64,000 bases of DNA, taken from positions 33,728,001-33,792,000 of the forward strand of contig CP068257.2 of the NCBI GenBank assembly GCA_009914755.4. Reading direction: 5' to 3'. Below, piece by piece: positions 57,975 to 64,000 of the stretch (position 1 is the stretch's first letter; every line of letters starts with the position of its first letter). The position numbers were made by a program, and so were the translations under genes. The stretch comes from the human T2T-CHM13v2.0 reference genome, Homo sapiens. The notes beneath the pieces were generated by a model. The model saw only the letters and a program-made list of their open reading frames with translations, made no database searches and had not been told where the DNA came from.

Positions 57975-60900
57975 ATTTCTCCTTTTTATAAAGACGCCAG
58001 ATTAGGGCCCACCATAGTGACCTCATCTTAACAAATTACTCCTGCAACCACCGTATTTTCAAATGAGGTCACATTCTGGGACTCTAGGGGTTAGGACTTC
58101 AGCATGTGAATGTCGGGGAGACATAATTCAATCATAACATTCAGGTAACCATGTTTAAGGCCATGCCTAATTTTAAAAAATCAAGAATAATCGGTTGCAG
58201 CTGATGATTCCTCGTGTGACTCTTGCCTCCTTTAGTTCTTAGAGGCCCATTTAGTCTGGGGTCATCCTGAAAACTGGTGCCAGGCAAGGGAGTCTGCAGC
58301 CACAGGAGTCTAACCGCACAGGGCTGCTTTATCTGGACAGTTCATGACACTGGGGCCTGATGCTTCCTGGACCTGCTCCTTCAATGGCGTTGGCTCACAT
58401 GCTGGGGCCACCATCGTCCCCTGGTGAGGTCGGCCGGCAATTTCTTCCCACAGAGTAGCTGGCAGCATCCTGTCCCAGCCCTGCCTCATTATCAGTCCTG
58501 GTCTCCTGGCCTGCAGGTCTTTGTTCAAACTCAAAAAGATGCTTGAACCAGGTGACTATACACTCACATCAAATACACAGAGAAAAATATTTTGAAGAGT
58601 AATGTTACAAAATGTGTAATTCCTAAAGTATACACGTGTCCTTATTAATTGGCATGGTTTTGATCATCTCCACATTATTTTTCCAGGTATCCTCCCAACT
58701 TGATCGTATAAACCTCAACGTATTGGAGTTCTGAGCATGCCAGTGTCCTTTCTTCCCTGGAGAGACATTTCTGGCTCTTCCCTAAATGCAACAAGACCCT
58801 GTAACTCTACAGAGTTTTTCTTATTAAACTAGGATACGTGCCAGCTGCACTTGCTACTCCACTAATAGCCACTTGAGTCCCTTTTAGCAACTATGTGATG
58901 ATCAAGGAGTCAGGAGTCACTATCTCACCTCCTCCTATTTCTTCTCGGCCTGTTGGGGTGGCCTGATCTGCCCCGGACTTTCCCATTTCAGCACTGGTGT
59001 CCACGTTCTGAGACCCCTCGGTCAGGCACACCTGGACAGTCCCCCTCCTGTTAATTTACTTTCTTATATTTGAATCAACACAGCCCAAATATTATTGGCT
59101 TGTAGTTAAGCAGAATTTAAACAGATCCTATCCCTAAAACAAGCAAAAAAAGTGAAGTACACGGAAAATTAGTTACCCCTTCCTCATAATTTTTCTGGAA
59201 TAATAGGGCATCAGTAATACTCCTAACAGGTAGTTTCACCCTACCTGGGCCTTGCTGGAGCTCCAGTCCTGATTCTGCAGCCGTCTTCTACACATCTCTG
59301 TTTGTGTATGCCATAGCCCTGCTCAAACCCAGGCTGTTTCAACAGCCCCAAACCTCCTGAGCTCTCTTTGTTTCCACCCGGAGCTCACCTCTTTTCTTCC
59401 TGCTCTCAGTAAAAAGGCAGTTTCCTTTCTTTTCTCCTTCTCAGTCAGCAAATCATGCTGATTCTTCCTCTCTTAATAACAATAACTTAGTTTATGTGAT
59501 GCTTCCTGGGTTTACAAAGGGCTCTTGTAACCATTCAGTATTAGATCTTCATCGTGACTTAGTGCAGTGAGGTGGTGAATGAGAATTACCTTTATTTTCA
59601 GATACAAAGACCAACTCAGCAACACCAAGGCTGGTCAAACTCACATCATTAAGTACTAAGTAGTAAATACTGGCTCTTGAATGTGGGTCCCCTTTCCTAC
59701 GCTGTTTCTTCTTTTTGAAAGACTCTGATGTTCTCTGTGTGTGTGTGTTTTCTCACTGCTGACACCCTAGACGAAGCTGTCACCACCCGCCACCCAGATC
59801 ATTTGGCCCTCACTGGATTTCCTGGCTGGAGAGTATCTTCCTCCAGCAATCCTATATACTAGAACCACAAACCATGGGTCCCCATCATATCCCCTCTGTT
59901 ATAAACCTCAGTCTCTCATCACCACACACAGGAGGAAGTCTTCAATCCCTTTCTGGTGACCAAATGCTTTCAAACCCTGCCCCACTTCTGTTTGGCTTTA
60001 CCACTCGGACCTTCAAGTATGGACTCCCAATCCAGCCCACCACTGCAGTCTCCAGGAGTGCCACGCATCCTCAACCGCACGTCTTTGCTCTCCTTTTGCT
60101 GGGACAGTCCATGTTCCTTCTCTGAACAATCCAAGACCTTTTATTTCAACTCATGCATGGCTCCACCTTAAGGTCTCCCTCAACCACTCCAGCCCCCATT
60201 TATTTCCACCTTCAACCAAGTCCTGCGGCCGGTTTGCAGATACAAGTGGACTCACTCCTTACCCACTATCATCCCTTCTAGTGACCTTTATCTGCAAATT
60301 TGGTGAAAACTATGTTTTCCATTCTCATTAGCAGCTCAGGTTCTCTCTGGTCAGTAGCTATGTTCTAGGCAGTCACCCAGGGGAGACTTGGAAGGGAGCT
60401 CCCTAGGAGCACCCAAGAAACACACACAGCTGTGGCAGGCATGAGGTTTCTCCTGTAATAGTTCCATGCTGTGGGTGGGTGTTCCTCCTGCTGTGTTGCA
60501 CACAAGCATAGCTCTCTGAACCTCTTTGAATTTCCACACACTACCTGACACCCTACAGCTTACAGACTTTCAATGAACTAGACTGAATTCTGTTGTCCAG
60601 AACTAAGAACTCCGAGGCATACGCTATAATGCTCCTGCTAATTTTGGTACTCCGTCGAATACCACCTTACATTATACCTTTTTCATTTAAATCTCTAATT
60701 GGTCAGATACTCCAGCCCCCAGCAGATATATGTAGCTCCTTCGGCCTTCAGGTCCACAACAAGAAACCGGCAATTGTGCCATGCCAATAATGCTATTGGG
60801 CCACAGTGGCTGAGCAGAGATCTTGGAGGGGAAGGAGGAAGAGTAAACACTAGGACATGAACCTGGAGCACCCACCCCCCGGCCTGGGACTCTGCTTTTC

Positions 60901-61048
60901 AGTTTCTCTGTTAGATTCCCTCCTGACTTGCCTTTCTTGGCAATCCATGTGTCTGGGTAGGAAGAAGAGCCTGGAGGTGCCTTCCACTTGGAAGGGGTCT
61001 CCAGAATAAATCAAGAGTCAAGTGGGAAATGGAGCAGGGAAGCCAGAT

Positions 61049-61493
61049 AACCTGCCTCTGGCTTCAAGCCATGTGCTGGCAAGACACAGATAGGTTTTAC
61101 ACCAGCATGTTAAAAAGCTGGCACAGATGGAAACAAAAACACTTTATTCTTCCATCACAGCAGGTGTTCATATAGAAATGCATTCACTTCTTTTAATCAG
61201 GGTAGAGGTATTGAGGGAGGAGGGGGGACACAGTACAGATCAGTGTATATTGTCCAGACTCATTTCTTAATTTACATGTATTTTTTTCTAAAATATAATA
61301 AACATTGCTTTGTCATTCTTCCCCTGTTCCTCAACTGTCTTTTGTACCCATCATAAAACTTGAATCCATTGACTTGTTGCCAGGTGACAAGTACTTGCAG
61401 GCTGGGTCCTTCCCTTTGTTGTGTCTGTAGTGTTCATGGCTGGATCAGGGCTTAGGACATATCGGGGCTTAGGACATAGCAACCACCTGTGCT
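61049..61493 (+). repeat. Direct repeat copy 1 (~445 bp) of an unclassified element. Partner at 62509-62929.
   Basis: aacctgcctctggcttcaagccatgtgctggcaagacacagataggttttacaccagcatgttaaaaagctggcacagatggaaacaaaaacactttattcttccatcacagcaggtgttcatatagaaatgcattcacttcttttaatcag...ttgccaggtgacaagtacttgcagg...catggctggatcagggcttaggacatatcggggcttaggacatagcaaccacctgtgct aligns collinearly with copy 2 at roughly 88% identity. Copy 1 carries an internal 17-bp micro-duplication (cttaggacat.. twice). Confidence 0.8.
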
Positions 61494-61611
61494 AAAAAAG
61501 AAGTTCTCCTGTCCAGTTTAGTTTACCAAGGATTGAACTTCCTTAGAGAGGTTTAACACCAATGCCCTGGACATAATACACCCCGTGATCTCGTCTGCTC
61601 CTGTTCAGTGA

Positions 61612-61652
61612 GCCTCTCTCTTTCTCTCTATCTTTCTCTCTCTCTCTGTCCC
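61612..61652. repeat. Interrupted (TC)n microsatellite
   Basis: gcctctctctttctctctatctttctctctctctctgtccc. Confidence 0.7.
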
Positions 61653-62508
61653 TGGAAGGGTTGCAGGAAGCAGAGCAGGGAGTCAAGGATTTGATCCATT
61701 CCTGGCCACACATGGTCATAACTAAGATAACTAGCCCTTGCCTACAACTGCAGTATAAACCACAGAAGGGCAGGCAACAGGCTCTGGGCTTCAGCCGTCA
61801 CTTTGTCTGCTATCTGCTAATTGTATAAATACTGGCTGAACAAATGCACTTAACACTTTACACCTCGAAAAATTCGCATGGAATCCATTTTCATTTCTTA
61901 CTTGATGAGAAGACCCCTTCCGGAGTTATGACTTTAGAAGTCTGGAAATTCAATGTGGCACACATATGCTGAGATCCCAGCATAGGAGAACTAAAAACAA
62001 ACTGGGGTGATTTTTTAAGTAATAAAAACAACAATAAGAACTCTAAGCCATATACAAATAACTGATGGGGAAAAAAAACTCTTTTTAGCAAATTATATCA
62101 CAGCCAAAAGTAAAATAAAATTCAGTGTTATTTTATTATTTTTACTGAATTGTAATTGTTTAATTATTATAAATGGGAGTCATTGCAAAAAAAAAAGTCA
62201 TTTTGGTCATAGTAGCCCATTGATTAATAAGTTCCACTGAATGTTTAACAATATACAGAACATTTTAAACAAAAAAGAGTTAACAGCAAAGAATACATAC
62301 TCCTTGATGTTGGTTTCGCTTGTAGCTCTAAATACTGATGGAAAACCTGTTCCCTGTCATAGAAAACTACTTCTCTAAGCACTTGCACTGCACTAATTGA
62401 TCTTTTAATTGGCTCAGTCAACACTCTAGTCTTTCTACACAACAAGTTCTAATTGCTACATGCAACTGGAGCAACACTCAGATTATCAAGAAGACAGAGG
62501 CATCCTAT

Positions 62509-62929
62509 CAACCTCTGCTTCAAGCAGTGTGCTGGCAAGACACAGATAGGTGTTACACCAGCATGTTAAGAAGCTGGCACAGATGAAAACAAAAACACTT
62601 TATTCTCCCATCACAGCAAGTGTTCATATAGAAGTGCATTCACTTCTTTTAATCAAACTAGGAGTATTGAGGGAGGGAGCAAACGGTATAGAGATCAATG
62701 TATGTTGTCCAGACTGGTTTCTTAATTTACATGTATTTTTTTCTGAAATAAAATAAAGGTGCCTTTGCCATTCTTCTCCTGTTCCTCAGCTGTCTTTTGC
62801 ACCCATAAAACCTGAATTTATTTACTTGTTACCAGGTGACAAGTACTTGGAGGATAAGTCCTTTCCTTTTTTTGTATCTGTAATGCCCATGGCTGGATCA
62901 GGCCTTAGGACATAGCAGTCACGTGTGCT
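62509..62929 (+). repeat. Direct repeat copy 2 (~420 bp). Partner of 61049-61493.
   Basis: aacctctgcttcaagcagtgtgctggcaagacacagataggtgttacaccagcatgttaagaagctggcacagatgaaaacaaaaacactttattctcccatcacagcaagtgttcatatagaagtgcattcacttcttttaatcaaactagg...ttaccaggtgacaagtacttggagg...catggctggatcaggccttaggacatagcagtcacgtgtgct. Confidence 0.8.
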
Positions 62930-63902
62930 ATGAATGAGTTTACGTCTAAAATTCACTCCTATTTGATGAATGTCTTTTCTAATTAAGTAATAGCAAGCAA
63001 TCAGTAAAATGTTATAATAAAGCAGGATTTCTTAACGCTGGCACTATTGACATTTGGGGCCAGATCATTCTTCTTTGCTGGGCTGTTCTGTGCGCTGCAG
63101 GATATGTGGCAGCATCCCCAGCCTCCACCCACTAGACACCAGTAGTACACAGTAGCCCCCCTAAAAATCACTGCTCCTGTTGAGAAGTCCTGGACTAAAG
63201 ATGCCATACATACACAGATCAGATACTTTCCTACAAAACTACGCAATTCAGGCTTATTCATTTCTTTTCGAGAAGTTGTTTTCACTAAAATAACACTCCC
63301 TGGATAGGCTCAGAAATGAAACAGAGAGGAAGGAAAAAAAGCTGATCTAAAGTGATCTAAATCAAACAACTTCAGTGGATTATTAAAAGCAGTCACAACA
63401 AAAAATGAAAATGAAACAAAAAGCCCTCGTAATCCACGTCTCTCTGAAGGAATTGTCTGGGAATTATTTAACCCTCCACCCAGCCTTTCTGTGTGTCATT
63501 CTCCATCCATCCTTGATGACTTGTCTCCTAAGGAGCTTGTTAGGAGTTCTGAATGCAGCCAAGGAGGAGTCAGGTCTCTCACTGACAATGGATTATGCTG
63601 GTGTAAAGCATGCTTTCCAATTTACAGACAGAAGAAAATGAATGGAGAATGGTTCTTTAACTCATTGATTCATTTGTGTCCTTATTTCTTCCCTCACACC
63701 CTTCATTCCTTTTTTCCTCCTTGTGTTTCTCGTCTTTCTACTTCTCTTTCTCCTTTTCCTTCTTGACTTCTAGACTCTTTCATTTCTCTAGATAAACATC
63801 AATGTTTTCTATCTAAATGCTGAAATTAAGAAATATTTTAAAAATAGTTTTGGAATTCATGGCTTTAAAAAAACACATTCAAGGCAGCAATCTTTTTTTA
63901 AT

Positions 63903-64000
63903 TATTATTATACTTTAAGTTCTGGGATACATGTGCAGAATGTGCAGATTTGTTACATAGGTATACACGTGCCATGGTGGTTTGCTGTACCCATCAACCC
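63903..64000 (-). mobile_element. LINE-1 3' terminus, minus strand (L1PA-like), running off the window edge
   Basis: tttttttaattattattatactttaagttctgggatacatgtgcagaatgtgcagatttgttacataggtatacacgtgccatggtggtttgctgtacccatcaaccc is the reverse complement of the L1 3' end (..gggtgcagcaaaccaacatggcacatgtatacatatgtaacaaacctgcacgttgtgcacatgtaccctagaacttaaagtataataa..). The plus-strand copy at 35400-35533 is its mirror image. Confidence 0.6.

Noticed and set aside
57790-58026. 78-aa ORF with an (HT)n run.
   Set aside because: It is a translation of the (GT)25 microsatellite.
59880-60300. Possible ancient repeat (L2/MER-like) underlying the 83-aa and 71-aa ORFs.
   Set aside because: I could not match it to a consensus I know. 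It is probably old diverged repeat or unique sequence, and there is no basis for a call.

Overview
This window is primate, almost certainly human, nuclear genomic DNA. It is not a prokaryotic or viral locus. The evidence is 12 Alu SINEs, some within a few percent of the AluY/AluS consensus and several with clean target-site duplications; several LINE-1 3'-end fragments in both orientations; at least seven ERVL-MaLR-type solo LTRs (THE1/MST-like and a second MaLR-like family); MIR fragments; and many microsatellites and AT-rich low-complexity tracts. The region is AT-rich and CpG-poor. It has no CpG island, no recognisable tRNA, rRNA or snRNA gene, and no ORF in the six-frame track that I can support as a real coding exon. 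Every ORF is short, sits on repeats or low-complexity DNA, or translates poly-T or simple repeats. The window therefore looks like a gene-poor intergenic or deep-intronic segment (L1/LTR-rich, Alu-poor). I cannot name the locus from sequence alone.

I found no evidence of a novel biological system in the CRISPR/operon sense. The points worth a second look are structural:
- a pair of about 430-bp direct repeats 1.45 kb apart (61.0-62.9 kb) with LTR-pair-like geometry;
- four Alus with intact 11-15 bp target-site duplications, one of them (51.9-52.2 kb) the most AluY-like of the four;
- an Alu whose tail carries a (TTC)n tract;
- an Alu with an arm-to-arm internal deletion;
- an Alu nested in an old L1;
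- an (ATTCT)11 pentanucleotide repeat (the SCA10-type motif);
- a (GT)25 microsatellite;
- two unusually long AT-rich tracts, one grown from an L1 tail.

All repeat family names are from memory of consensus sequences, not from a database search. Coordinates are accurate to within a few bp.
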